Shown: piece after piece, positions 25,879-37,442 of the stretch | Layout: every line of letters starts with the position of its first letter | Numbering within the stretch: position 1 is the first letter of the stretch | NCBI GenBank assembly: GCA_965287045.1 | Contig: OZ336877.1 | Coordinates: forward strand, 8,122,001-8,186,000 | Reading direction: 5' to 3' | DNA length: 64,000 nt | From: Carcharhinus amblyrhynchos | Taxonomy: Eukaryota | The notes under the pieces: generated by a model | What the model was told of the DNA's origin: nothing | The model's database searches: none | Seen by the model: only the letters and a program-made list of their open reading frames with translations | Made by a program: the position numbers and the translations under genes

Positions 25879-26181
25879 TTATTTTATTTATCATTTATTA
25901 GTATCACAAGTAGGTTTACATTAACACTGTAATGAAGTTACTGTGAAAATCCCCTAGTCGCTACACTCCGGTGCCTGTTCAGGCACACTGAGGGAGAATT
26001 TAGCATGGCCAATGCATCCTAACCAGCATGTCTTTTGAACTGTGGGAGGAAACTGGAGCATCCGGAGGAAACCCATGCAGACACAGGGAGAACGTGCAGA
26101 CTCCACACAGACAGTGACCCAAGCCGGGAATTGAACCTTGGTGCTGTGAGGCAGCAGTGCTAGCCACTGTGCTACCCTGCC
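25879..26181 (-). mobile_element. V-SINE, tail type B
   Basis: Reverse complement of the 16770-type element, with an (ATTTT)n-like end on the + strand. Confidence 0.88.
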
Positions 26182-27604
26182 ATGGTTAACTTCTGATGAT
26201 TTGCCACTGAAATTCAAGTGCAACCTAATGGAAACTCTAGGCCTCTAAAGTTTATAATGAGTAACTGATGTTAACATTTCTAATTTGAGGTGTTCTCACA
26301 GCACCTGATGCAATAATCAATGTCAGCATTATCTTATAAATTACAATCACTAATATCTTTAAACTGCATTTCATCGTTATTTTTATAAGAATTATAATGT
26401 TTTATGTTCATCTTCACCTATAACTCTACTTCAGCACATATTAGGGGTTAGCATATGAAATTATCTAGATAATCCTGATTCAGAGTTTAATTTCTTTAAG
26501 ATCCAGCATAGATCTTCGATCTAAATAGCTGCATTATTGCTTGTGTATAGCACAACACTGAGAGCAGCCATCCACAACTAATAATCACACTACCCCCTCT
26601 CTTAAATTTTCCTCCTCTTAAAATATTTATCCAATTTTCCCTTGAAAAATGTAATGGTCTCTCGCATAACCACTCTCTGCGACAAAGAATTCCATGGTCC
26701 AGCAACCCTGTGTGAGGACATGCTGAATAACCTCCCTTCTCACTTTTAGTGACAATTTTAAACTGATAATCCCCTTGTCTCTGACTCTCTTATTGGATAT
26801 AGCATTCGTTCCCTATATCTTCCCATCAAAACCATTCATAATTTCAAATCTCCTGTTATTTTTCTCTGTTCCACTCTAAATAATGCCATTATCTCATGTT
26901 TCTCTCCATTATCTCTCATCTTGTGCCCAAAATCAGTTCTTTCCTGTCTCATGTAGTTACTTACATTAACCAAAATCTGTTCTTTTACAAGCAGCACAGC
27001 AACACTGCAGGGAACAAGAACATCTTATCAGGCTTCATGGGACGCTGCACACCAGCCACAATTTTGAAACAGATGAAATGCAGTCACCTCTTACTTTGAG
27101 TACATTGGAAATCAATAAGTTTGTCTTCTTGTTACAAGCTTTGAAAATTGATAGATAAACCTTCCTGAAGCATGCAATAGTAAAATAAATCCTTTTTGTC
27201 ACAGAACAAGTTTTTAATCATTGAGACACAAGTTGTTATCTCCATGCAACTAATCACTTGATGACAAATTCCAAGTTTCCAAATCACTGTAAAACCGATT
27301 AGAGGAACCCCGTATGCTACAAAAAGCTGAACAGTTGTTTTATATTATAGCCAGATCCCAGCACATTACACGATTGTGGTTGAGTAGAATGGGGTTAGAT
27401 CAATTAGAATATCTCAAAACACACTGGAATTATAAGCATACAGATAGGTGGCATAGGCCCTCGAGCGTCCTCAGCACTCAGTCAGATCCTGGTTTATCAG
27501 CATTTCCAACTCCATTCACCCACCTTTGCTCCATGTTCCTAATGCAGAACAAAAATCCACCTGTCTTCAAAGTCCTAATTTACTAAGCATCCACAATCTT
27601 CCGA

Positions 27605-27918
27605 GGGTGACACAGAGGTTAGCACTGCTGCCTCGCAGTGCCAGGGATCTATGTTCAATTTTGGCCTCAGGTCACTGACTGTGTGGAGTTTGCACATTGT
27701 CCCTGTGTCTGCGTGGGTTTCTTTCAGGTGCTCCGGTTTCCTCCCACAATCCAAGATGTACGGGTTAGGTGGATTGGCCATGCTAAATTGTCCCTTAGTG
27801 TCAGGGGTACTAGTTGGGGTAAATGCATGGGGTAATGGGGATTGGGCCTGGTTGGGATTGTGGTCGGTGCAGACTCCATGGGCCGAATGGCCTCTTTCTG
27901 CGTTGTAGTGATCCTATG
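27605..27918 (+). mobile_element. HE1-like V-SINE, tail type A
   Basis: tRNA head, V core, tail ggtgcagactccatgggccgaatggcctctttctgcgttgtag. Confidence 0.88.
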
Positions 27919-28455
27919 GAAGAGCGTTCCAGATTTCCACCATCCTTTACGCGGACAAAGTGCTTACTGATTTCTACCTCTGAATGGCTTAGCTCTAATT
28001 TTAAGATTGCATTTCCTCATTATTTATGCTCCCAATAGAAAGCAGTTTCTCTTCATCTACCCGACCAAATCCTTGAATGTTCTTGAATACGGGATTTTTG
28101 TTTTGTTTATATCCAATTCAAACCAATTAAAATCCAATTCAAAGTCTCAGCAAGTGAGACTTCCTGTCTTGGGTTTGGTCTACATGATCCAAGCTGACTG
28201 CAGTTTCTCCAAGGCTTGATCTCATTTGCAACTTAGCCAAAAGGCCCAGATGCCACTTTAAAAAATTGCTTCGAATGAAGCCTCAGTGTAACCTCATGAC
28301 TTCAACCAAGTGCAGGATGTTGATGTTACACTTGATTTTAGCCAAAAGGCCGAGAAGCAGGATATTAAAGGCGATCTAATCCAGGCATTTAAAACTGTAA
28401 AACACTGGTTTCCGTTCTCCTACTTAAAAGTTAATGTCAAACTCTTATGTTATGA

Positions 28456-28497
28456 TAAGAAGTCTCAACACCAAGTTAAAATCCAACAGGTTTATTT
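28456..28497 (+). repeat. Single arm fragment of the 24282-type palindromic element
   Basis: taagaagtctcaacaccaagttaaaatccaacaggtttattt. Confidence 0.65.
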
Positions 28498-29002
28498 ATT
28501 ACTGATTACAGGATGCTTTGTTAGACATTTTACGTCTAACGTGGTTTGTTTCCTTGTTGGTTATAAAAAATATTGGGCAAATTTGGACAGATTCTTTATG
28601 CATTAATAGTGCAGGAACTTCAGGCAAAGGGCAGTTGGATTGTTAAATGCTAACATCCAAATGTTATTTTTCATTAACTGATGGGATGTGAGCATCACTG
28701 GCTAGTCAGCTCTCATTGCCCCTGAGAAGACAGTGATGAGTGGCCTTTGAGAATCACAGCAGTCCATACAATGTACGTACACCCACATTGCAGTTAGGGA
28801 AGGATGCTGCTTTCTGAGTTGCAAAAACAATATTTCACTTTCTGTTTCACTGCTGACGGTATAGACAAGATCTAAAGTCACAGCTGCAAACCCACATCCA
28901 ATAACTTTTGTTGTATCTTCAAATACATTACGTCATTTTCAAAAGCAATCATTTTGAACAGAGATATTTGATGTTTATACAAAGCAAAGGAGGCAAACTA
29001 AC

Positions 29003-29053
29003 CACATGCTGCAATTCCGGTTGATCCTTCAGCTCCTCCACAACTTTGTCAAT
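29003..29053 (-). CDS. VPS41: VPS41 exon (~21), 51 bp: IDKVVEELKDQPELQHV
   Basis: aag|ATT...GTG|gttagt; phase 0 to 0. Confidence 0.94.
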
Positions 29054-29361
29054 CTTTAACAGAAAAGCACAATGAAAATTAATCAGAAGTGAAAACAATC
29101 TAATCAGATGTCCACCTCCGATCACGGTTAATTCTGGTTCCTTACACCCTGTTCCAAAGCATTTATCAATTGCACTGTTGATATTCTGATATCACAACAA
29201 ATGACTACAGTTCAGATGTATGTCATCAGCTGTAAAGTACTTTATGATCGCCTGAGATTTTGAAAGGCACTATTGAAATGTAAATCTTCTTTTGTGTAGT
29301 TACATTTTGAAGCTGTTTTCAATGAAAGGTAAAATTGTGGCTAAAACGGTTCGCTACTTAC

Positions 29362-29403
29362 TGAAATTTTATCTTCATTGTCCAGGAGCATGTTAACTGC
29401 TTG
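29362..29403 (-). CDS. VPS41: VPS41 exon (~20), 42 bp: QAVNMLLDNEDKIS
   Basis: cag|CAA...TCA|gtaagt; phase 0 to 0. Confidence 0.94.
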
Positions 29404-31235
29404 CTGCAGATGAAATATAGAATAATGGTTAAAACAATGTAATGTTTAAAACGTACGCAAGAATGAGTCAAATAGCTTTTTTTGATAAATTGCCACCCAG
29501 TTAGCTCCTATGTCCAGCACACATTGGAATTTGAGATCACCTGCTATCAGTGGTATTTTAGTCACATATTCCTGATACACTGGAATAGGCACAACTTAGA
29601 CGGCATTATTAATGGAGAAAAACATTCCAATGTATTTCATGTTGTGGGACAGAGAAATTAATGGCAATCCCTGGGGAACAATGAGGATGCAACTGAAATT
29701 TTTTGGATAGGATATATTTAAATACTTTGACTAAGGGAGATTCATAGAGGTAAGCAAACATTTAAAACCTTGTGGCACAAGGGGTCATTTAACATTTAAA
29801 ACCTTGAAGGCACAACAAGGGATTCTATACCAATAAGAATGCCCAGAGGTCCCTATGGAATTGGCATTACTGCTTGACTTGCGCACTACAGAAAAAAAGG
29901 ACATAAATGTTTGTTCTAAGGACTTCAGCAATAGTTCCAATGGAATTCCTTGTGCTTGTAATGTCAAAGAACATAACTGAGGACTCATATTCACAAAATA
30001 ATTGTTCATCTTTGTTCCAAACATAACAATGTACATTACGGTTGTCCGAATAAATTCACTGTGCAATGTGCAAGCTGAGTGTGCTTCTGGCACAATCCCT
30101 AGTCTCTAATGAGTTAGTTAATCTCCACTAGGCACTGGCAGAAACAAAATTGGGCCTCAGTCTCTGCACTGAGTGGTGGTGAAGGAATCAGCCAATATTC
30201 CTGTTTCTGACTAACAGTCTACAAGAAAATTCCCTTGTGATTTACATTGAGCTCAGCTGTGCTACCTTCTGTGGTTGAACATCCTGCTGAAGCTCAGCAT
30301 CTAAGCTTACAGATGAGGAATGGTCACTTGGAGAAGATACCAGAGAACGGTGGATGCCTATGGACTCATGTTGCTATCGGAAGAAGAGTTGCGAATGCTA
30401 GAGGTAGAAAGGCGAGAGGGGTTCTTGAACTTCGTTGAGAGCCTGAATTTACAGGGATCAATAAATAAGATTCCCATCAATGAATCATCTAAATTTTCAC
30501 CTTATGATGCAAGTTAGTGGGTCCAGTTAAGGAGAAGATTTAAGCATAGGATAAACTTGAGGTAGAGATTGGCCAGATAATTATTTAAAACACACTGGCA
30601 TGCGAAGGAATGACCTGTGGTCAATGTCACACCAATTTAGACCTCTCGTTACAGAGTTGTTGATATGTGACTGCATGGTGAATTTACAGCAGCTTTCAGT
30701 TAAAATATACTAAATGTGCCGAATTGTTACTAATTATGACCTTCCAGCCAAGGAATTTGATTTTGATCTGTTGTATATACCATATGTACCAGCTTTAGAA
30801 TGCATGTAGACATATGTGCATAGGCCCAACAGCACACTGATACCAGCTTGCATGCATATAGCGCATCAGCTGTGGGTTCTGGCCAGATAATGGGCCTTAT
30901 ATCTGACACTATAGGAATTAGCCCATTTAAAACTGATGTATGCATGTACTGATATTTTGGCTGTACATTTCCTATGTTGCAAGACAGGAGCAGAAGTAAG
31001 CTATTCGGCTCATTGAGTCTGCTCTGCCATTCACTGAGTACATGACTGATCTGATATGATATTCCTCAACTCCACTTTCCTGCCTTATCCCAAAATCCTT
31101 GATTCCCTTTCTAATGAAAAATCTGTCTATCTCAGCTATGAACATGCTTACCAATTCAGTTTCTACAGCCCTCTACAGTAAAGAATTCCATAGGTTCACT
31201 ACTATCTCAGGGAAGAAATTCTTCTTAATCTTTGT

Positions 31236-31947
31236 CACCATGGCTAACACTGTTGCCTCACTGCACCAGGGGACCAGGTTCAATTCCAGCCTGGGGAGAT
31301 TGTCTGTGTGGAATTTTACATTTCCCCGTGTCTGTAAAGGTTTACTCCCACGGTCCAAAGATGTGCAGGTTAGGTAGACTGGCCATGCTAAATTGCCCCT
31401 TAGTGTCTCAAGACATGTGGGTTAGATGGGTAAGCCATGGTAAATGAGTGGGGTTAGAGGGATGGAATGTATGGGGGGGGGGGGGGGGGGGAGTGATATG
31501 GGCTTTAGTAAGAGATTCTGTCAGAGAGTCATAGTATCATAGAACCTGACAGTGCAGAAAGAGGCCCTTCGGCCCATCGAGTCTGCACCAATCACAATCC
31601 CACCCAGGCCCTACCTCCATATCCCTACGTATTATACCCACTAATCCCTCTAACCTACGCATCCCTGGACACTAAGGGGCAATTTCTTAGCATGGTCAAT
31701 CAACCTAACCCGCACATCTTTGGACTGTGGGAGGAAACCGGAGCACCCAGAGGAAACCCACGCAGACACGAGGAGAATGTGCAAACTTCACACAGACAGT
31801 GACCCGAGCCAGGAATCGAATGCAGGACCCTGGAGCTGTGAAGCAGCAGTGTTAACCACTGTGCTACCGTGCCGCCCACGGTAGGCGGTGCCTAATCAAT
31901 GGGCCGAATATCCTCCATCTACATTGTAGGGATTCTTTGATTCTATG
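31236..31947 (+). mobile_element. Older HE1-like V-SINE, split at 31528/31878 by a younger antisense copy; internal poly-G at 31473-31491
   Basis: Head and core at 31236-31528; tail aatgggccgaatatcctccatctacattgtagggattctttgattctatg within 31878-31947. Confidence 0.8.
31529..31877 (-). mobile_element. Full-length HE1-like V-SINE, tail type A
   Basis: Minus strand begins gggcggcacggtagcacagtggttaacactg; same structure as the 57606 and 50493 copies. Confidence 0.92.
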
Positions 31948-32419
31948 TTTTTTTTAAAATGGACAACTTCTTACGCCCTCTGGTCCTAGAGCCTCCCACA
32001 AGAGAAACAACCTCTTAGCCTCCACCCTGTCAAGCCCCTGAGAATCCTGTATGTCTCAACGTCACCTCTCAGTCTTCAAAACTCCCGTGAATAGAAGCCC
32101 AACTTACCCTCATAAAATTCCTCTGCACCCAGGATCAACCTAGTGAACATTCTCTGGCCTGCCTCCAATGTCAGTACATATTTCCTTAGATCAGGGGATG
32201 AAAATTATTCACTGCATTCCAGGTGTGGTTTAACTAGTGCCTTGTATAGTTCTAGCAAGAATTCCCTATTTTATGCTTCATTCCCTTTGAGATTAAGGCC
32301 AACATGCTGAACTTGCATCCTAATGACAGATGTTAAGCTAAATGGCCTATAGCTATCTGTTTTTTGTTTCCCTCCCTCATGTTAGTGAATATACTTTAAG
32401 TAGTACTTAGTTAATGGGG

Positions 32420-32555
32420 CAATACAGATGAACGGTCATTGCCCTGAAATGTTAACTCTGAATCTATCTCTACAGATGCTGCCTGATCTGTGTATTTCCA
32501 GTATTTTTTGTTTTCATTCATTTCAGATTTTCAGCATCTATAGTATTTTGCTTGT
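32420..32555 (+). repeat. Half of the 2360-type PLE-derived element with a mutated hammerhead core
   Basis: cagatgaacggtcattgccctgaaatgttaactctg...tacagatgctgcctgatctg...tcagattttcagcatct. Confidence 0.65.
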
Positions 32556-33289
32556 GTATCAAACATACTTTATTGATTGTGATGTACTTTGAGACAACTT
32601 AAGTAATGATGGTGCAAATATGAACACAAATTCCCTCTTTTTTGTTTCTTTAATGGCATTAGTTCAAGTTAGATGTGGTGTGATGACATCCTGCTATGGG
32701 AACATAAGTATCCGTTAAATATAGCAAGTGTGTCCTTGTTTCCAGCTCACACTGCTTCAGCAACTCAGAACTGTCATTTAACATTCAATAAAAATGATTT
32801 AGAAACATTTAATTATTTGGATAAAAAGCAGTCCTTAAAAAAAAATACAACCAGTTGATTTTCAACCCATGTTACTATCGATGAAAATAAACATCACTTG
32901 TAACACTTCCCTGGTATTGACAACTCGGCTAACATAAAATGAAGCAGATGCTAACATTTCTTGTTAGAGAATGCTGGTTTGTCTCCAAATATAATGATTA
33001 GCAACATACATTGAATGCATCATTTAGCAGGGTCAGTACATACCTCACTAACCAGTAATGTTGGCATAAGAAGGCTACTCAACTTTACAGATATATGCTA
33101 GAGTCATGGGGTTATTGATTGTATCCATCTGACTCATGACCAAAAAGGGTTTGCACTTCAATTAACGCACTGGCAGTCTACAGCCACAAACACAGAATTA
33201 CGTAGCCTGGTCGCTTGTTAGCTCAATGCTTTTCACAGTCCCCATCTCCTCTTGCCTCATTTAAAGGAATAGATGAAGGGCAACTTTTA

Positions 33290-33760
33290 AAACTCTCACC
33301 AACTTCTGCGGATGCACCATAGGAAACATTCTTTTTGGATGTATCGTAGCTTGATATGGCTCCTACTCCGACCAAGACCGCAAGAAACTACAAAAGGTCA
33401 TGAACAAAGCTCGTCCATCACGCAAACCAGCCTCCCATCCAATGACTCTGTTTACACTTCCCGCTGCCTTGGAAAAGCAGCCAGCACAATCAAAACCCCA
33501 CCCATCCCGGACACGTTCTCTTCCACTTTCTTCCATCAGGAAAAAAATAGGAAAGTCTGAGGTCTCGTACCAACCAACTCAAGGACAACTTCTTCCCTGC
33601 CATCAGACTTTTGAATGGACCTACCTTGTATCTTTCTTTATACTTAGCTATAACTGTAACACTACATTCTGCACCCTCCTTTTCTTCTCTACGAATGGTA
33701 TGCACAAGAAATAATACTTTTCACTGTATGCTAATACACGTGACAATAATAAATTAAAAC
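33290..33760 (+). mobile_element. Rex1/Babar-type LINE 3' end
   Basis: Frameshifted QDRKKLQKVMN / SITQTSLPSNDSVYTSRCLGKAASTIK / HPGH C-terminus; ends ttttcactgtatgctaatacacgtgacaataataaa. Confidence 0.75.
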
Positions 33761-34038
33761 CGTTTTCGAATGGAATCATTGTGACAGCTCGAGACAGAAA
33801 GAAAGCACAGATGTTTCAAAGTCAACAATACCAGCCAGATAATTTTGGCCAAACCATTACAACCATGAAATAGCATTTAGATGGACAATAGGCAAGAGGA
33901 TACATTGCAGTGTAACCCCAAGATTTGGACACTTATTGTTTTCCCATAAAGAATGTATTTGCATACAAAGAAACCTTGTTATTGAGCAAAAACAACTGAA
34001 AATAATTTATTCTGGAAAGTTAAATGCCAGTTGTTACA

Positions 34039-34145
34039 ATTTAGATAATATACACAGTAAAGTGTATTTAAATAATGTACACAGTAAAATTTAGATAATT
34101 TACACAGTAAAGATGAAGTAAATTTAGATAATGTAACACAGCAAG
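34039..34145 (+). repeat. Degenerate minisatellite, ~4 copies of ATTTAGATAATNTACACAGTAAA
   Basis: The unit recurs four times with short spacers. Confidence 0.75.
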
Positions 34146-34673
34146 ATTACATACTCTACTGGCTGGTTATTAGGGGTAGTGGAACATTATACGTGATCTC
34201 AGATGATATGTAGCACAACATATAATCTGACTGCTACCATGATCTACAACTATCGCTGCATCCTCTTATGTACAACACTCCATCACATGCTATGCAATCT
34301 GCCTCCAACATGCTCCATATTCTTTCCCTTATTGTACTCCACTGCACATGCTGTTCTACTTCAATTCACCATTAGTGACACTGTATTCAGCCATCATGCC
34401 ACTGACCTCCATTTAAACCTTCCCCTTCACTACCACTTCCCTCTCCTTCAAAAGCCTCCTCAAGAACTACCTAGCTGACCTCAAGATCAGCTACCTTTCT
34501 TTCTCTCTACTCAGTGGTTCCCCCATCCAGGATTTATTCTACAGAAGAATGTGATAAGATTCCATGCATTGAAGAGATGATCATTTCTGGCTTTCCTGCA
34601 TATAAGAAAAAGAACTAAAATAAACAAGTGAAAAGTTAAAATGGAGAGGAGCATGAAAATTAAACTTCCATAC

Positions 34674-34818
34674 CTCCTTATCAAACTCCATAAGAAGAAC
34701 AATCTTATCCTTAATGGAGCTGAAAAGATTGTGCTTGTGTATGAGCTGGAAGACATCTTTATGTCGCAACTTTAAGTAAATTTCAAGAGCTTTGTCGTAA
34801 CGCTGGTCATAGGTGTAC
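34674..34818 (-). CDS. VPS41: VPS41 exon (~19), 145 bp: (L)YTYDQRYDKALEIYLKLRHKDVFQLIHKHNLFSSIKDKIVLLMEFDKE
   Basis: cag|G TAC...GAG|gtatgg; phase 2 to 0; in ORF 34581..34856. Confidence 0.97.
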
Positions 34819-35655
34819 CTGGGAGCAACCAAAACAAATGTCAACCTTGATACCAAGTACTGTCTGCATCTCTTAATTCAAAGTTACTTAATTCGATATC
34901 TGATCACTTGTTTTTACAGCAGGTTCCCATTTTTCTATTTTATTGAAGTTGCTTAAATTTTGGAATAATTCCAACTTTGTAAGCACAAAACTACAGTTTA
35001 GATTATAAACCCAAGTAGGTTAACAACACAGCAGATACAAAAACATCACAGGTTCTAGAAAATTATTGCAGAATTAACTAGAAAGGGCAAATATTGTAGA
35101 ACAAATTGAATAGAATACATATCTGTACAGAACAATAGAAGATTAAGTTTAATACTTAAAACGTAGGAAAGACAAATGATCCACACATGTACCTGAATAG
35201 CATTGAAATATCTAAGGATGTCCATACAAAGGTTCCTAGATCAGTTGCAAAGCTCACGCTGGACATGTCTGACCAATGCAGGGCAGCAATCAATAAAACC
35301 AATAGAATGCTGATTACTTTGTGCAGAAGCAAATGATTTTATAGAGGCATATACCATAGTTAAAGACATGGAGAAGGACAAAAACTGCTTTAAACCAAAT
35401 TGTGTAGGACAAAGGGACGCCTGTCCAAACTGTAAAGGCAAATTTAGGATTGTTTAACAGGAATTTCTTCTTTGCACAATAAACAATCAACACAAGGTGG
35501 ACTCCTAGAGAGAGTAGGAAAATCAAATCCCTGCCATTTATAAGAAATAGTTAGAAATAGCCAATATGAGGAGGTGGACAGTGACGACTATATGGTCTTT
35601 GTGAATGGGTGAATTAAGTTAGGCTAAATAGCCTTTCTCATCAACTTTGATACCA

Positions 35656-35988
35656 AGCACAGAGCACAGTGGTTAGCACTGCTACCTCTTAGCTCCAGGG
35701 ACCTGGGTTTGATTCCCAGCTTCGGTGACTATCTGTGTGGAGTTTGCACGTTCTCCCCGTATTTGTGTGGGTTTCCTCCGGGTGCTCCGGTTTCCTCCCA
35801 CAGACCAAAGATGTGCAGGTTAGGTTAATTGGCCATGCTAAATTGACCCTTAGTGTCCTGGGATGTTTAGGTTAGAGGGTTAGCAGGATAAATGCACAGA
35901 GTTGCAGGGATGGGGCCTGGGTGGGATTGTTGTCGGTGCAGACTCCATGGGCCGGGTGGCCTCCTCCTGCACTGTGGGGTTTCTATGA
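35656..35988 (+). mobile_element. HE1-like V-SINE, tail type A
   Basis: tRNA head, V core, CR1-like tail. Confidence 0.9.
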
Positions 35989-36269
35989 ACTTAACATTCA
36001 CAAAATCACAGTACAAAAACAGACCGTCAAGTTTGTGCTGATCTCCTGCTCTACACTGGGCTGCCGAGTCTAATCGGACTGTTTTGCCTTTTCCCCATCT
36101 CATTTAATATTTGCCCTGCCCATGCAAGCATTCAATTCACTGTTAAAATATTCCTTAATGCACTCAGGTTCAACAAAGGTTTGCAGCAGGGAATTCAACA
36201 TTCCAGCTATTCTGCGTCTATCTTAGTTTAGTATTGTAGCAAATTGCCCTTTTAGCAACGAATCTCTGA

Positions 36270-37285
36270 GGTCTGTGATTGATGAAGTGCCACGTAATAG
36301 GCTTGTCAGCAAGTTAAGGCCCATGGAATAAAAAAGACAGCGGTGGTATGGATAAGTTAGCTGAGTGACAGCAAACAGAGAGTAGTGGTAAACAATTGCT
36401 TTTCTGACTGGAGAAAGTTATTTGGTGGTGTCCCCCAGGGATCTGCAATGATACAAAGATCATTGCTTTTCTTGATATATTTTAATGACTTAGACTTTTG
36501 GCAAATAAAATTTAATAGCGAGAAATGGGGATTGATGCATTTTGGAAGGAAGAACAGGAAGAAACAATACAAACCAAGGGTACAATTCTCAAGGGGGAGA
36601 GAGGTAACACACAGATCTGGGGTATGTGTGAATAAAGCACTGAAAGTGGTAGAGGGCAGCTTGATAAATTGGTTTAAAAGGTACACGGGTGCATTATGGT
36701 AGGGGGCATTATAGATCGAGTATAAGGTATAAAACCGAGGAATTATGATGAATTTTCATACAACACCGGTTCAGCCTCAAATAGATAATTGTTTCCAATT
36801 CTAGACACTACACTTCAAAAAGAACGTGAAGCCTTTAGAGAGAATGCAGAAAACATTTCGAGAATGGTTCCAAGGATGAAGGGTTTCAGTTATGAAAACA
36901 AATTGGAGAAGCTGGGGCTGTTCTCCTCAGAGAAGATTTGACAGAGGTAATCAAAATGACGAGCAGGTAGAGAGAAACTGCTCTTTTTGGTGAAGAGTAG
37001 AGGACAGATTTTAAATGAATGGTAAAAAATCCAAAGCTGGCATGAGAAAACACTGTCTCGTCGGTGAACAGTTTGGATTTGGCACGCATTACTTGAGAAC
37101 GGGGTAGAGATTGATTCATTTCTGGTTTTCTAAAGAGAATTTAATAATTATATGAAGAGAAAAATATGCAGAGTAATGGTGAATGGATAGGGAAGTGGGA
37201 CTCATTGAATTGTTCTTGCAGAGAGCTGGAGTAGACTTGACAGGCCAAATGGCTTCCCTCGACAATGTAAACATTTTATGATCCA
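36270..37285 (+). mobile_element. CR1 LINE RT 3' fragment with internal deletions
   Basis: FSDWRKLFGGVPQGS...WQIKFNSEKWGLMHFGRKN; CR1-like tail ending ~30 bp from the exon ~18 donor. Confidence 0.8.
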
Positions 37286-37314
37286 AGGACATTGATGAGA
37301 ACAGAGAAACTCAC

Positions 37315-37442
37315 AATTCTGCTAGTGTTGTCAACAATGTTCTGTTACTTGGAGCCCGATCCAGATGATCCAACACAGAGCGAACGACAGTCATATTGTT
37401 ATAAATATCACCTGGCCACTCTCTTATTAAGGATGCAAATCC
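37315..37442 (-). CDS. VPS41: VPS41 exon (~18), 128 bp: GFASLIREWPGDIYNNMTVVRSVLDHLDRAPSNRTLLTTLAE(L)
   Basis: aag|GGA...GAATT|gtgagt; phase 0 to 2. Confidence 0.95.

Larger units (their letters stand above)
30972..32370 (-). mobile_element. CR1 LINE 3' end (30972-31235 and 31950-32370) hosting nested SINEs
   Basis: ORFs 31173..31358 (KNFFPEIVVNLWNSL) and 30972..31154 (FIAEIDRFFIRKGIK); the CR1 sequence resumes after 31950. Confidence 0.8.

Noticed and set aside
34039-34145. CRISPR-like repeat array
   Set aside because: Vertebrate intron, AT-rich degenerate units with 0-9 bp gaps and no cas genes; this is a minisatellite.
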